From positions 2,666,001-2,730,000 of the forward strand of contig OX597823.1 in the NCBI GenBank assembly GCA_951406725.2: DNA of 64,000 nt. Reading direction: 5' to 3'. The notes beneath the pieces are model-generated. The model had not been told where the DNA came from. It saw only the letters and a list, made by a program, of their open reading frames with translations, and ran no database searches. Positions 14,141 to 27,262 of the stretch are shown here, piece by piece (within the stretch, counting starts at the first letter, position 1; each line of letters opens with the position of its first letter). Made by a program: the position numbers and the translations under genes. This stretch comes from Octopus vulgaris. Lineage: Eukaryota.

Positions 14141-14945
14141 TGTATGCATGTATGTATGTATGTATGTATGTATGCATGCATGCATGCATGCACGTATGTA
14201 TGTATGTATGTATGCATGCATGCATGCATGTATGTATGTATGTATGTATGTATGCATGTATGTATGTATGCATGTATGTATGCATGTATGTATGCATGCA
14301 TGCATGCATGCATGTATGTATGTATGTATGTATGTATGTATGTATGCCTGTTTGTGTGTATGTATGTATGTATGTATGTATGCATGCATGCATGCATGCA
14401 TGCATGTATGTATGTATGTATGTATGTATGTATGTATGCATGTATGTATGTATGTATGTATGTATATATGCATGCATGCATGCATGCATGTATGTATGTA
14501 TGTATGTATGCATGTATGTATGTATGCATGCATGCATGTATGTATGTATGTATGTATGTATGTATGCATGTATGTATGTATGTATGTATGTATGCATGCA
14601 TGTATGTATGTATGTATGTATGTATGTGCATGCATGCATGTATGTATGTATGTATGCATGCATGTATGTATGTATGTATGTATGCATGCATGTATGGATG
14701 CATGTATGTATTTATGTATGTATGCATGCATGTATGCATGCATGTATGTATGTATGCATGCATGTATGTATGTATGTATGTATGTATGCATGCATGCATG
14801 TATGTATGTATGTATGTATGTATGTATGTATGTATGTATGTATGTATGTATGTATGCATGTATGTATGCATGCATGTATGTATGTATGTATGTATGTACG
14901 TACGTATGTATGTATGTATGTATGTACGTACGTATGTATGTATGA
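12115..14945. repeat. (TA)n followed by a ~2.7-kb (TATG/CATG)n compound microsatellite
   Basis: Direct inspection; source of all HTYI/MYVC ORFs. Confidence 0.98.
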
Positions 14946-14951
14946 ATGTAT

Positions 14952-15100
14952 CGGTGCAGGTATAGCTGCGTGGTAAGAAGCTTTATTCTCAAACTCGTGG
15001 TTGCGGTGTTCAATCCCACTGCAAGGAACCATGGGCATATGTCATCTAACATAGCTCCAGGCGATCCAAAACTGTGAATTGGTCTATCATGAGAAGCCCG
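14952..15100 (+). mobile_element. 5' head of family A SINE (diverged)
   Basis: gctgcgtggtaagaagct...gttcaatcccactgc...tgggc matches the tRNA-like head of the copies at 42310 and 47245. Confidence 0.65.
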
Positions 15101-15101
15101 T

Positions 15102-15180
<79 letters not shown>

Positions 15181-15239
15181 ACATATATATATATATATTT
15201 ATATATATATATATGTATAAATATATATATATATACAAA

Positions 15240-15560
15240 CAGGGGACAGTCATTAGTCAGAATATTGATGACGTCCTTTTCTGCTTGACTAGTCACCTAA
15301 CACGTACAGACAGGGGGCAGATCTAATGTAGCTATAAGTCGTGATTGGGCAGAATCTGGATGACGTCCCGTTCTGCTTGACTAACGAAGCGACTGGTCAA
15401 AACAGGAAACAGACAAGAGGCAGTTATAATACAGCGATTGGTCAAAATGATGATGACGTCCCGTTCTGCTTGACTAAAGCCACCTAACGAAACGATTGGT
15501 CAAAACGTTGATGACGTCACGCTACGCTGGACTGACCACCTAACAGGCATTATAAAACCG
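15240..15560 (+). promoter_or_regulatory. Repeated enhancer/promoter-like module (4x TGACGTC, 3x ATTGG, TATAAAA), probably transposon-derived
   Basis: TGACGTC at 15269, 15361, 15454 and 15512 (full TGACGTCA); GATTGG near 15343, 15436 and 15494; TATAAAA at 15551. Confidence 0.4.
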
Positions 15561-16009
15561 AGCAATTCACAAGATTCACTAGAACCACCCAGCGAACACA
15601 CACCATGGGTCATCACAATTGCTTCAGGTAAAAATGAATGCCTCGCTCTTTCGGAAACATCAATCTTCTGTATTGACTGCTTTCCACCACTTTGATCTGT
15701 TTTTTGTATTGAATACGCATCGCCACCGTGGGCCACTGCATCGAACACTTTGAACATATAGCATGAATGAACTTACTTCAAACTATATATCAACTATACA
15801 TGAACTCTAAGATGTCTGACTCCGTTGTGTATTATAAATGAATTTGTGTTTGACGGCATGAGCTGTCTTTTTTTAAATATAACTTTTTTTGATAAGGTTC
15901 ATTTCAGGAACTGAAACATGTTATAATGTATATATAAAAATTAAAAATTGTATAATATAGCAGCATTTTCGAACTTCATTTTTTACAAATATATATATAT
16001 ATATATATA

Positions 16010-16104
<95 letters not shown>

Positions 16105-16349
16105 GGGCGGGGGTTGCCTGTCTATCTGCCTCTATTTATCTCTACCTCTCATCGATTGATAACTGAAGCTGAGGTACGTATATATATGTAACGGTGTATT
16201 TTGAGCCGATAAAGTTTTAGTTAAAGTCGACAGTCACCAATTGTAACAGCGTATTTTTAATTTTGGTGTGGTCACCTATATTATTGATGATGAAATGTTG
16301 GAGTCACCAATTGTAACGGCAGAATTTGTATTTTTTGTTTTAAATTGTA

Positions 16350-17062
16350 TTTAGTTCCAGCTCACAATCTGTGGCCATGCTGGGGCACCCCCACTTGGTG
16401 TTGCTACATGATTTTACTTCACGAATCCTTTTTAGCAAATGGCATCTGGTCCTTGAGAGAGTTCGATGCAGCTGCCCTCATCTGCACCTCCTGCCGTGAA
16501 GTTGGTTCATCTGGGACACCTGACAAGAAGAGATCCAGTTTTATTTTAAAGACATCTGCATCCACCCCATGCAGGTCTCTTATGTTCTTTGGGAGGATAT
16601 TGAAGAGCTGTGGGCCTCGGAAGCCCAGGCTATCACAGTATCTTGTTCTACATCTTGATGGCACGTTTGGAGTCCTAAGCACTATGCAGTGGCGCCCAGT
16701 CTAGCATTTGTGTAACTCTCGATGCCAAAGTTTGGAACAAGTCCTTCTAGAATCTTCCAGATGTATATTATGGCATATCTTTCTCGCCTACGTTCTAAGG
16801 AATAGAGTCCCAATCTCTTGAGTCTTTCCCATTAGCTTATATGCTGCACAGAGGCTATCTTCTTCGTGTAGCTTCGTTGGATCGCCTCAAGTTCTGTGAT
16901 TAACTTGACACTGGATGGTGACCATAGCTGAGAGCAATAGTCAAAGTGGCTTAGGACAAGTGTCCCCCAGAGGGCTATCATGGTTTCCTGGTCTCTTGTT
17001 CTAAAGGTTCTAAGAATCCATCCGGTCAGTCGCCTACATTTCATTGCCAATTTAGCAATGTA
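16350..17062 (-). mobile_element. CR1-like LINE 3' fragment (same family as 9945-12110)
   Basis: KCRRLTGWILRTF, DYCSQLWSP and RGPQLFNILPK; same 3' tail. Confidence 0.9.
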
Positions 17063-17133
17063 TGGTAAACTTTACTATGGAATTTTGGTGGAGGCAGTGG
17101 TAACGATAATAATTTGTGGTTATAATTGTTTAC

Positions 17134-17734
17134 TGTAGGATGTGAAAGATGCACAATGTATAAAGTTTTAAGAAGGTATTTATTTACCGTTACGTTACAA
17201 ATACCTTGCCTCAACGGACAGGTTGTGATACATCCAAAAGTATGCGAAGTAAAGTTTGTGTTTGTGTCCTCATCATTGTTTAGTAGTAATTGCTGAGACA
17301 GAATGATGTTGTAAGAGAACAGAATTAGAGCTAGAGAGAAGTGTTGGTTGTTGTCTGACAGTAAACTTCCTCTCTCCCTCTGATCAAGGTTGGTCAGCCA
17401 GACCCCGTTGAGTCGTCACCGACTGTGACTGACTGATTTTTGCTTGGGATGTGCTTACTTATATAAAGATCCAGAAGGATAGATATATCATTGAGAACAA
17501 TAGATTTAGTTGGTGGTCTTGTTATCTCTATTCTAGCTTTTTGTGAAGCAGAGGAGGCCAGAAAGGGTCAAGTGGTGAAAACATTATTTCGGCCTAGGTA
17601 AAGGCATTTGGAAAATGTAAAACTGCTGCCAGAGAAAAACCATTGTTCCACCATGGGAAAAGTTCTGTAGTAGTGTTAATTCAAATTTGGCAATGGTGGA
17701 TCGAATCCACTTCATGCATGCAGGATTCACTACA
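17134..17734. mobile_element. Possible solo LTR
   Basis: TGTAG...CTACA termini about 600 bp apart with TATA- and polyA-like motifs; no target-site duplication seen. Confidence 0.35.
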
Positions 17735-18875
17735 TATATATATAGTTTATATTTAGCTTTAATAACTACTGCTCAAATATGAGATTTAGTTTTAGGCAAT
17801 CACCAATATAGTTGATTATTTTAAAATTCTCCTACAAAAATAAAATCCAGTCCCATAAGACGCACTTCCTGCGATAAATGGTATTTCTCCTTTATTCCTA
17901 ACATGGTCAATTTCCGAAAAAGAAAAAAAAGGGGGGAGGGGGAAACTATCGTCATAACGTCGTAAAAAAAAATCAGTTCATATTTTCAAGGGAATGAATT
18001 GCGAAGGTAATGATTTCAAGGGGAGTAACTACGTAATATAGAATTGGAAGTGAGTTAACTCTAGCATGAGTTGTTCATAGAATTTTGTGGGGGGAAATGC
18101 AAGATGCCTCTCTTCGAAAATCTGGATGCAAATTTCATATCTGGTTTCAGAATTCGCAATATACGTATTTTCAAATCATATTTAATATGACATGTAGGTA
18201 TTAAAAGTTGCAAATATATGATAAAAGCTACAACAGTCATTTCCCCTGTTTTAGAGAAAGCTCTAGACTTTTTTTTCCACCTACATTTCGATAGCAATGA
18301 AATCTAATGCAAAAAGATACGTGTAGCTGGATACATTCTCCTCCTGGGGACACGAAAATACTGCCCGACAATAAAATAACTGATGTCGCTTTGGTAGGAC
18401 AACCACTTGACAATGGACGCTTGAATACAATCCATTTAGAAGGAATTTTAAATTTCTCTCTACTTCTTCAGGAATATCTTTGATTGTCGAAGATCACAAA
18501 ATTTATCAAATGGATTCCAAAGTGACATTTACAAAATCCTATTTAATCAACCGCAAATATATCATTTCAACTAAAATGTATCGCATTAATTGATGTGTTT
18601 TCTGTTTCGAATAGGAAAAAAATACAAACATGAAGAAATGAATGTAAATTCTTCCAATCCCCAAAAGACGCAAACTAAAATTTTCTTGTGAAGAGAATTT
18701 ATTGTAGAAACTTTGCAACCACATTCGAAGCTGAAGAAATCGATCTGTAAACAAGTGTCCCAGACACTAGACAAATAATCAACATTATAACGAGCTGTTT
18801 CAGGTAGAGTTTTGATAAATAGAACACAAAACGTATTGTAAGGCAAAATTAATGTTTTATTACTGATTCATCATA

Positions 18876-18968
18876 TAAGGCAAATAGATATGTGTAAGGC
18901 AAATAGATATGTGTAAGGCAAATAGATATGTGTAAGGCAAATAGATATGTGTAAGGCAAATAGACATG
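18876..18968. repeat. 19-bp minisatellite (taaggcaaatagatatgtg) x ~5
   Basis: Four perfect units and one partial unit. Confidence 0.95.
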
Positions 18969-19009
18969 GAGTATAGCCCAGATACTTAACTGCTGAAAAT
19001 ATATTTATT

Positions 19010-19320
19010 TTGGCACAAGGTCAGTAATTTCGGGGGAATGGTGGTAATTCGATTACATCGACCCCAGTGATCAACTGATATTTATTTCATCGACCCCGAA
19101 AGGATTACAAGGTAAAGTCAACCTCAGCAGAATTTAAACTCAGAATGTGCAATCGGAAGAAATGCCTCTAAGCATTTTCTCCGGTGTGCTAACGATTCTG
19201 CCAGCTCGTAATTAAGATATAATGATTTCAAACTTTGACACAAGGTGAGCAGTTTTGAGTGAGGCGGGCGAGTCGATTACATCGACCCCCACAGTTCAAA
19301 TGCTACTTATTTAGTCGACC
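19010..19320 (-). mobile_element. Nin/Deu-domain-like tRNA SINE (family B), diverged copy plus fragment
   Basis: gattacatcgacccc...atcgaccccgaaaggat...aaagtc...aactcagaa...acgattctgccagctcg. Confidence 0.75.
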
Positions 19321-19429
19321 TTGATTACTATTGAAAATATAGCGAAATTTCATAAACACCTACAAAATAAATTCGTTTAATTGCATACCCAGTTAATTGC
19401 ACAGAAATTTCAAGTGGAAATAACTATGT

Positions 19430-19590
19430 CATAAGATACGTTAGTTTATAATGATCCTAAAAGATACGTTGGTAGATATAAGATACGTTAGTTTATAATG
19501 ATACCATAAGACACGTTAGTATATATTAGTCTTAAAAGATACGTTGGTATATAATGGTGTTGAAAGATATGTTAGTAGATAGTGGTCTAC
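19430..19590. repeat. Imperfect tandem repeat (aagatacgttagt...)
   Basis: About six degenerate copies. Confidence 0.75.
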
Positions 19591-21088
19591 ATTTTTTGAT
19601 ATCTTAAGCAGATTTTTATATTTAATTAAAAACAACAGTCTTTTATTTTATACACCCAAACACACAATGGGTTCAGTTAGGAGAAAGACTTTGCTAAATA
19701 TTGAATTTATTCAAATATTCTTTAATGGGTTTCAATCATTGGATTACAGTTACATTTTGGTTACGTCTTCATGGATTACAGTCGATTAGGATGATCTCGA
19801 CCTTTCCTGTATTTATTATAGTATCGACTTTGGAGCACAACAAAAGTTGAAGTCAGCTTGGTGTAAACTAAAGCAGCAAATATGGATAGAAAACAAGAAT
19901 GTAACTGAAGAATTTCGCTATGCCCTGGGAGAGAAGGAAAGTGACATTTCATACAACAAAGAGTGTCGGCTTCATTGGAGTAGGGTTGTCGTCATGGAAA
20001 TATATTTCGAATCGAATGCAAATTGCTAATTAAAATATACCCGGTACACAGTCTGTCTTTATGGCTAGAATCCCTCTTCCCCTTCAGTTTTTAAATCTCA
20101 AATTAATTCAGGTGAAACCAATCTGGTTAATTCAAACAGAATTGGAAAATCGAACTTCAACTGGATAAAAGCACAAAACCACAACATTAACTGAAGATTG
20201 CCGAAGATTATAAAAGAGAGAAACAGGAAAATATCTGTGGATTAAGTAGAGTTTGAAACATCTCCTAATTATCAAATACAATAAATTTGCTGATTATTTA
20301 ACTGCTAAATCAGAGATATTCAATAAATGTTGGGCATCAATAAATATCTGCTGAAAATGCAGCAAGTTATACACTAACAAAATGACTGTATCAACCTAAT
20401 GCTATTTGCCAAGGACACGCCCATGCACACCTTCTTTTCTATCAGCAACGGAACTCTTCTTTCTTGAGCTCTACTTTCTCTTTTTATGTCACCTAAAGGA
20501 AATGTCTGTCATGTCATTATATTTTTAAATAATTACGTATATAGGCAGTTAAGGTAAATACCAATTATACACACACACACGTATGTATGTATGTATGTAT
20601 GTATGTATGTATGTATGTATGTATGTATGTATGTATGTATGTATGTATGTATGTTTGTATGTTTGTATGTATGTATGTATGTATGTATGTATGTATACAT
20701 ACATGCATACGTACATGCAACCATGCACACACACACATAGACGTATATAAATATGTGTGTGTGTGTGTGTGCGTGTGACTATAATTTTTGTTCCTGACTT
20801 TGATTTTGCAGTGGAGTTAGGAATCCTAACGTCCGTTTGTCCCATCGCCTACAAAGACCAATTAAATGCCAGACTGACAATAAAATACTCAAAGTGATGT
20901 GATTCACTAAACTCCGAACGTTGTGCTCCATCACGTCCACGACCAAACTCCGAAATCTGCGAGAGAAGTAAGAGAACTTATTATTGTTATTGTTGTTGTT
21001 GTTGTTGTTATTATTATTATTTGTTATTATTATTATTATTATTTGTTATTATTATCGTTATATATTTGCAATATATATATAGATATGA

Positions 21089-21119
<31 letters not shown>

Positions 21120-21148
21120 TGTATGTATGTATGTATGTATGTACACAA

Positions 21149-21186
<38 letters not shown>

Positions 21187-21208
21187 ACACACACAGAGTC
21201 ACACACAT

Positions 21209-21323
21209 TCAAATAGCGATAGAGTTAGGAATGAAGGGAGGATACAAGACGTCGTAAGGCCGACCACGGGTTTTATATTTTTCTCTGAGTTCTTTAGTAA
21301 TTCTTTTCAGATTCGATTGGAAA
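21209..21323 (-). CDS. Lipoxygenase terminal coding exon L (DFQSNLKRITKELREKYKTRGRPYDVLYPPFIPNSIAI*)
   Basis: tag acceptor, phase 2 start, TGA at 21209-21211; PYxxLxPxxIPNSIxI with the C-terminal Ile iron ligand. Confidence 0.95.
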
Positions 21324-21726
21324 CTAAAACAGAAGAAAAGAAACAATGAGAAAGAAAGAAAATTAGAAAGACATAAACAAATACACCTCATAACAACAAT
21401 TACTGCAACATAAATTAAACATGGTTTATAGACAATCCTTTTATATTTGATAAGATTTCAGTTTGACTCTGTTTTCTTGTCTCATTTCAGTGAATTTGTA
21501 GAAAATCTTTCATCAATAATGAACGAAGTTCTCCAAGTGTTTATATTTCTTGATGTATTTTCGCATCGACTTTGACTTGTATATTTGACCACAACCTTTT
21601 ATATGTTACTTCATATTAGCACATTACCACACAACCTATTATCGCCTAATAATAGATATTCTACCAAAACTACATATTGTCACACTTTATCACATTAATC
21701 CTACGGTGATACACATTATTACAGAC

Positions 21727-21967
21727 ACAGGGTGGGTGGTGCACAAGTAGGTATACAGTTATGAAAAAAAAGAAAACATGTACAAAATTCATTAATTTTT
21801 ATCAAAACAATTAAAAGTTACGATAAATGTATTATTATGATTAATGACACTGAGAATATTAAAAATGAGGCTAACTTTTATTATTAATTTTTTTTAAATA
21901 AAAATAAATGAGTATTGTAAGAGTTTTCTTTTTTCATGGCTGTATACCTACTTTTGAGCTTTCCTGT
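21727..21967. mobile_element. MITE (Tc1/mariner-like terminal inverted repeats) in last LOX intron
   Basis: acagg...aagtaggtatacag versus ctgtatacctactt...cctgt. Confidence 0.6.
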
Positions 21968-22329
21968 AAAACAAAACGTTTCGCATTTTGTTATTGATAA
22001 TACCTAGAAGAAGGTGCTTCTTTTCCCCTCACCAAAGTGAATGGAGCTTTGGCCAAGAGGAACTGATGTCATCACACTGTGTCTCCAACGATTATCAGAT
22101 GTTTCCACACTGAACCGTAACACCCTCCTCTTTGTGATTCAGTAGAGGCGGCCAAATCTTTGCTCTTCATCTCCTCCTGGCTTCTAGCTTAACATCTCTC
22201 TCTTGCTCCTTAATCAGCAAGCGGATATTTATTTTCCAGCATTATCACTCAGTATCACAAATTATCACATTGCCCTATATTATCGTATCACACAATCACA
22301 TTAATCCAATCAGATACCACCTAATATTG

Positions 22330-22734
22330 GCTTCCAATTTTTGGCACAAGGCCAGCAATGTCAGGGGAGGATGTAAGTCAGTTACATCAACCCCAGTGTT
22401 TCACTACTAATTCTGCCGACGCCCGAAAGTATGATAAGCAAAGTCAACCTCGACGGAATTTCAACTCAGAACCGGCGAAATACCTATTTCTTTATTACCC
22501 ACAAGGGCCTAAACACAGAGGGGACAAACAAGGACAGACATAGGTATTAAGTCTATTACATCGACCCCAGTGCGTAACTGGTACTTAATTTATCGACCCC
22601 GAAAGGATGAAAGGCAAAGTCGATCTCGGCGGAATTTGAACTCAGAACGTAACGCAGACGAAATACCGCTAAGCATTTCGTCCGGCGTGCTAACGATTCT
22701 GCCAGTTCGCCACCTTTATAATAATAATAATCAA

Positions 22735-22830
<96 letters not shown>

Positions 22831-23045
22831 CCTTTCCACTGGAAGCACACGGCCTCAAATTAGGGGTTAGGGTATAAGTCGATTGCATCAACTCCATTGC
22901 TTGACTGGTACTTATTAGATCAACCCCGAAAGGATGAAAAGCAAAGTCGACTTCGGCGGAATTTGAACTCAGAACGTAAGGACGGACGAAATGCAGCTAA
23001 GCACTTCGCCTGGCATGCTAATGATTCTGCCAGCTCGTCGCCTTC
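22330..23045 (-). mobile_element. Cluster of three family B SINEs with an intervening (AAT)n tract
   Basis: Copies at about 22330-22470, 22484-22715 and 22830-23045, each matching the atcgaccccgaaaggatgaaaggcaaagtc core (the first copy more diverged). Confidence 0.85.
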
Positions 23046-23152
23046 AGATATTCCCTAATATTGCAAATTATCACATGCATATTCATACATTATCACTTTA
23101 CTGTACATGATCACATATCACATATTTCACATAATCGGATATGAATACTTAC

Positions 23153-23316
23153 TCGGCGACGCATTGAAGTCCCGCTTGATGACGGATATATTTTACATCG
23201 AAATTTCCCAGAGGATTTGTTCCTCTTTTGCTCAGGACGCTTGTGACTTTTAAAACATCGAAAATTGTTGTTACCTTAGGCAGGGCATCTACGATATCCT
23301 TCTCGGTTCTGGGTGC
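23153..23316 (-). CDS. Lipoxygenase exon K (APRTEKDIVDALPKVTTIFDVLKVTSVLSKRGTNPLGNFDVKYIRHQAGLQCVA)
   Basis: cag acceptor, gtaagt donor, 164 nt, phase 0 to 2; LP...LS...LG pattern of the LOX C-terminal region. Confidence 0.93.
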
Positions 23317-23469
23317 CTGATACACGAAACAATGAAACAAATAAAAAAAGGAAATTAACCTATCAATTCATTCGTTATTGAATAGTTTTCTGGGAAAATA
23401 ATATTATTAGCTTTCAAGTTTTGAGTTTGATATCGACTGAAGGGACACATTGTAAAATAAGTCTATAAA

Positions 23470-23563
<94 letters not shown>

Positions 23564-23803
23564 GAATTAAGTTAAACACAATCGGTGAAAATTTATCCAA
23601 GTGAGAAAAACCCCTCATCAGGTGTCTATCTACAGATCCTGCAGATTTCAGTACCTTAGAACAGACCCACTAGTTTCTTCAACTATTTATCAGTGATGGT
23701 TGACAAGAATTGATGATAAATGAGAAATGTGACAGACACTCTGATGGAAATATAATCTTGGGTCTTAGTAACTGGAAAAACGAGAACAAAACATTAGTCT
23801 TTT

Positions 23804-23889
<86 letters not shown>

Positions 23890-24112
23890 AAATATTGAAT
23901 TTCTAAATCTCTCGTAGAGACATGTACGGTGGTGGGGCGATAGAATGGTTGTATACTGTCAATCTAACAAGAACGTGACAGTAGGGGTACACCACCGTTG
24001 TATAACCCTAGGAGGCATCGAACGCCTCCTGACAGCTTCGACACATTTTTTCCCTGTGTCCTTATATACATATATGAAGGGGAGACAAACACCCCCGGCC
24101 GTCGGAACTGCA

Positions 24113-24158
24113 TCTAGGGACACCGTGTTTCAGGATCATTGTCCTTCATCGGCCTAGA
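24113..24158 (-). ncRNA. Minimal type I hammerhead ribozyme (CCGAUGA core variant)
   Basis: TCTAGG-CCGATGA-AGGA caatga TCCT-GAAACACGGTGTC-CCTAGA on the minus strand. Confidence 0.75.
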
Positions 24159-24254
24159 GTAGCAGACACCGGTCGGCTGGTAAACTTCACTGAGTATACA
24201 TATATACAATTATGAAGTCGAGGTAAATATCACCAGCCGACCGGTGTCTGCTAC

Positions 24255-24300
24255 TCTAGGCCGATGAAGGACAATGATCCTGAAACACGGTGTCCCTAGA
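24255..24300 (+). ncRNA. Minimal type I hammerhead ribozyme (identical copy, opposite strand)
   Basis: Same 46-nt motif; predicted cleavage after GUC at 24294. Confidence 0.75.
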
Positions 24301-24466
24301 TGCAGTTCCAACGGCCGGGGATGTTTGTCTCCCCTTCAAATATGTATATAAGTGCACAGGGAAAAAATGTGTCGGAGCTGTCAGTAGGCGTTCGGTGCCT
24401 CCTAGGGCTATACAACGGTGGTGTACCCCGTACTGTCACGTTCTTGTTAGATTGACAGTATACAAC

Positions 24467-24618
<152 letters not shown>

Positions 24619-24689
24619 CTGCAAGATAACAGAACACATGAGCAACGATGAACGAAGGAGATATAGCAATGAGGTACAGAAAGTGACGG

Positions 24690-27262
24690 TGTGGGATGAC
24701 GTCAGCAGCTGGGGAGCTGACCGGAACTTAGGGCTGACTGGAAGAGGAAGGGGTAGGAGTGACGCGCGCGCAGGCAGGGCAGCATTGGGCCTTTTCGATC
24801 GAGGAAGCCGAGCGAGTCGGACGTGTGAGCTCGTTGTCAAGGTAGGAGGAAAGCAGCTGCTATTTCTAGTGTTCGGGTCGGGCCGCGTGGAAGGGTGCAT
24901 TACCACTGGAGAGGTCTCCGTCGACGAAGAGAAGGTAGGTGTCCTTATTTCAAATCTCCCGCATACGCCACAAGCAATTTCGGCACTCCATATATGACGT
25001 CACCACGATGGCAGTGAAAATCAGGATCGCCAGCGACGTTATCAGACCCTTTAATGGTGAGGGCGATGTAGTGGCCTGGGTTCGTAAAATCAGGCTGGTG
25101 GCGAGACGTTACGAGCGTGGAGACAGTCGACCAAGGCAGCGACGATTGTCGACTTGAAATCGGCATACTTGCAACTCCATGTGAGCGACAAACTGTGGTG
25201 ATATGAGCTGGTGCGGTACAAGAGCCGGACGTACTGTTTAACCAAGCTGGGTTTCGGACTGAACTCCTCTCCGAAGATCATGGCGGCGGTGCTTAAGTCT
25301 GTCCTAGGGAAAGAGGACAAGATTAGAAAGGCCACCAGTTCTTACATAATTACGAGGTAGTTAGACATCTGGAGAAGTTCGGACTGATTGCGAAGCCACC
25401 GGAGTCGATGGAAGGGGGAGCGTACAGCGTGCAGTTACACCAAGAGACGAGTGGAGGGGGAGAGTTGGGGCGACAAGGTGGGAGAAGGTGGCGATGATGC
25501 ATGAAATCCTAGAGAGGCTGAGAGTGGAAGACCCGGTCAGGGGGAACTGGTATGTGCCCAAGACGAAATGCGGGACCGTCTGGTGTGATGCTGGCAGTAT
25601 AGCGATAGGGGTTGTGTTGGGCGATCGAAGGTGCTGCGGTGGAGGACGCGGCCTGGCTTCAGAAAGTAGATGACTTCAACCACATCAATGTCAGCGAATT
25701 AGACGCGGTGCTGAAAGGGGTGAACTTGGCCCTGAAATGGGGGCTGCGCTCAATTGAAATCCGGACGGATTCAGCCACTGTGCTTGGCTGGGTAGGATCG
25801 GTGATCACCGGTGAAAGGAGAGTTCGGACGAAAGGTGCCGCGGATATGTTGGTGAAGCGTCGTCTAGGAGTTCTAGGAGAATTGATTGCCGAGTTCGGAC
25901 TGAAGCTGAACGTGGTTTTCATGCCTTCGGAGAAAAACAGGGCAGACGCACTGACCAGGGTGAAAAGGGCGTGGTTGGAGGAACCGGAGAAGGCACAGAA
26001 AGGGATAGCTGCGGCGTCTCGGTTGGATGACTCCGAACTGAAGAGACTGTACGGTATGCATCACTTGGGTGTGGACGGGACTCTGTATCTCGTGAAGAAA
26101 ATTGATGCTGACATTACGAGGAGAAGCATCCGGAAAGTGGTCGGGAGCTGTGACAGGTGTCAGTCCATCGACCCTGCTCCGTGTGGGCATGAACAGGGAA
26201 GCCTTTCGGTGGAGCACAACTGGAAAAGGCTAGCTGTGGATGTGATGCACTACTGTCAGGGAATGTATCTCTCCGTGGTCGACTGCGGGCCGGGCCGGCT
26301 GGCCATTTGGAGGAGTTGAGATCGGGCATTGCTGACGAGATTGCGCAGATTTTGAACGGGATATTTTTAGAGAAAGGTCCCGTGGAAGAACTGCTAATGG
26401 ACAACGGGGCGGCGTTTCGTTCGGAAGCATTGAGGGATATGCTCGACCGGTGGAAAGCGCGTCGCTTGTTCAGAGCAGCGTTTAGGCCGAGCGGTAACGG
26501 AATCGTGAGAAGCACCATCGGACAGTCAAGGCCATAGCGGAAAGAGGACACATTTCGCCGCTGGAAGCAGTTTTTTGGTACAATATGTCTCCCCCAACCG
26601 GAAAAGCTGAAGAATCTGTGCCGCACAGAGCTGTATTTAAATATGAATGGAGGCACCCGAGTAAAGCGCCGGAGGGCCACAAGGAAATGAAGGGACCCGC
26701 TTGCGTGAAAATAGGGGAGGAAGTTTGGGTTAAGCCACCGAAGGCGCGCTGTTCGACTCAATGGAGCAGAGGAACGGTGACGGTGGTCAATTCCAGAAAC
26801 AACGTCTCCGTGGATGGAATACCACGACATGTCTTGGACCTTCGCAGGATTGTCGCTTCGTCAGACGACGATTGTGGAGAGGGGGAGAACGAGGTGCCTA
26901 GCCTGAGAAGATCTCGACGCGCAAGGCGCCATCCCGGTTGGATGGTGGACTACAACATGGAGTAGAGAGATTGTGATCTTTAAGATCAGGGTGGCGTGTG
27001 GGATGAAGTCAGCAGCTGGGGAGCTGACCAGAAGAGGAAGGGGCAGGAGTGATGCGCGCGCAGGCAGGGCAGCATTGGGCCTTTTCGATTAGGGTAGCCG
27101 AGTGAGTCGGACGTGTGAGCTCGTTGTCAAGGTAGGGGAAAAGCAGCTGCTATTTCTAGTGTTCGGGTCGGGCCGCGTGGAAGGGTGCATTACCACTGGG
27201 GAGGTCTCCGTCGACGAAGAGAAGGTAGGTGTCCTTATTTCAAATCTCCCGCATACGCCACA
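24690..27262 (+). mobile_element. Internally deleted Ty3/Gypsy LTR retrotransposon with both LTRs
   Basis: LTRs 24690-24972 and 26997-27262 (TGTGG...CCACA); RT fragment LGFGLNSSP; RNase H WCDA...EL...TDS...NRADAL; integrase HHLG...CDRC, DNGAAF, PSGNG. Confidence 0.92.

Noticed and set aside
12045-15052. Very long ORFs (up to 982 aa) of HTYI/MYVC repeats
   Set aside because: Translations of the (TATG/CATG)n array, which lacks stops in most frames.
18876-19590. Short direct repeats resembling a CRISPR array
   Set aside because: Head-to-tail units with no unique spacers, no cas genes and a eukaryotic context.
19600-21208. LOX 3' UTR end and polyA site
   Set aside because: Several AATAAA-like candidates in AT-rich sequence; cannot choose without transcript data.
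23610-23625. CTGATGA on the minus strand
   Set aside because: No downstream GAAA or stem III.
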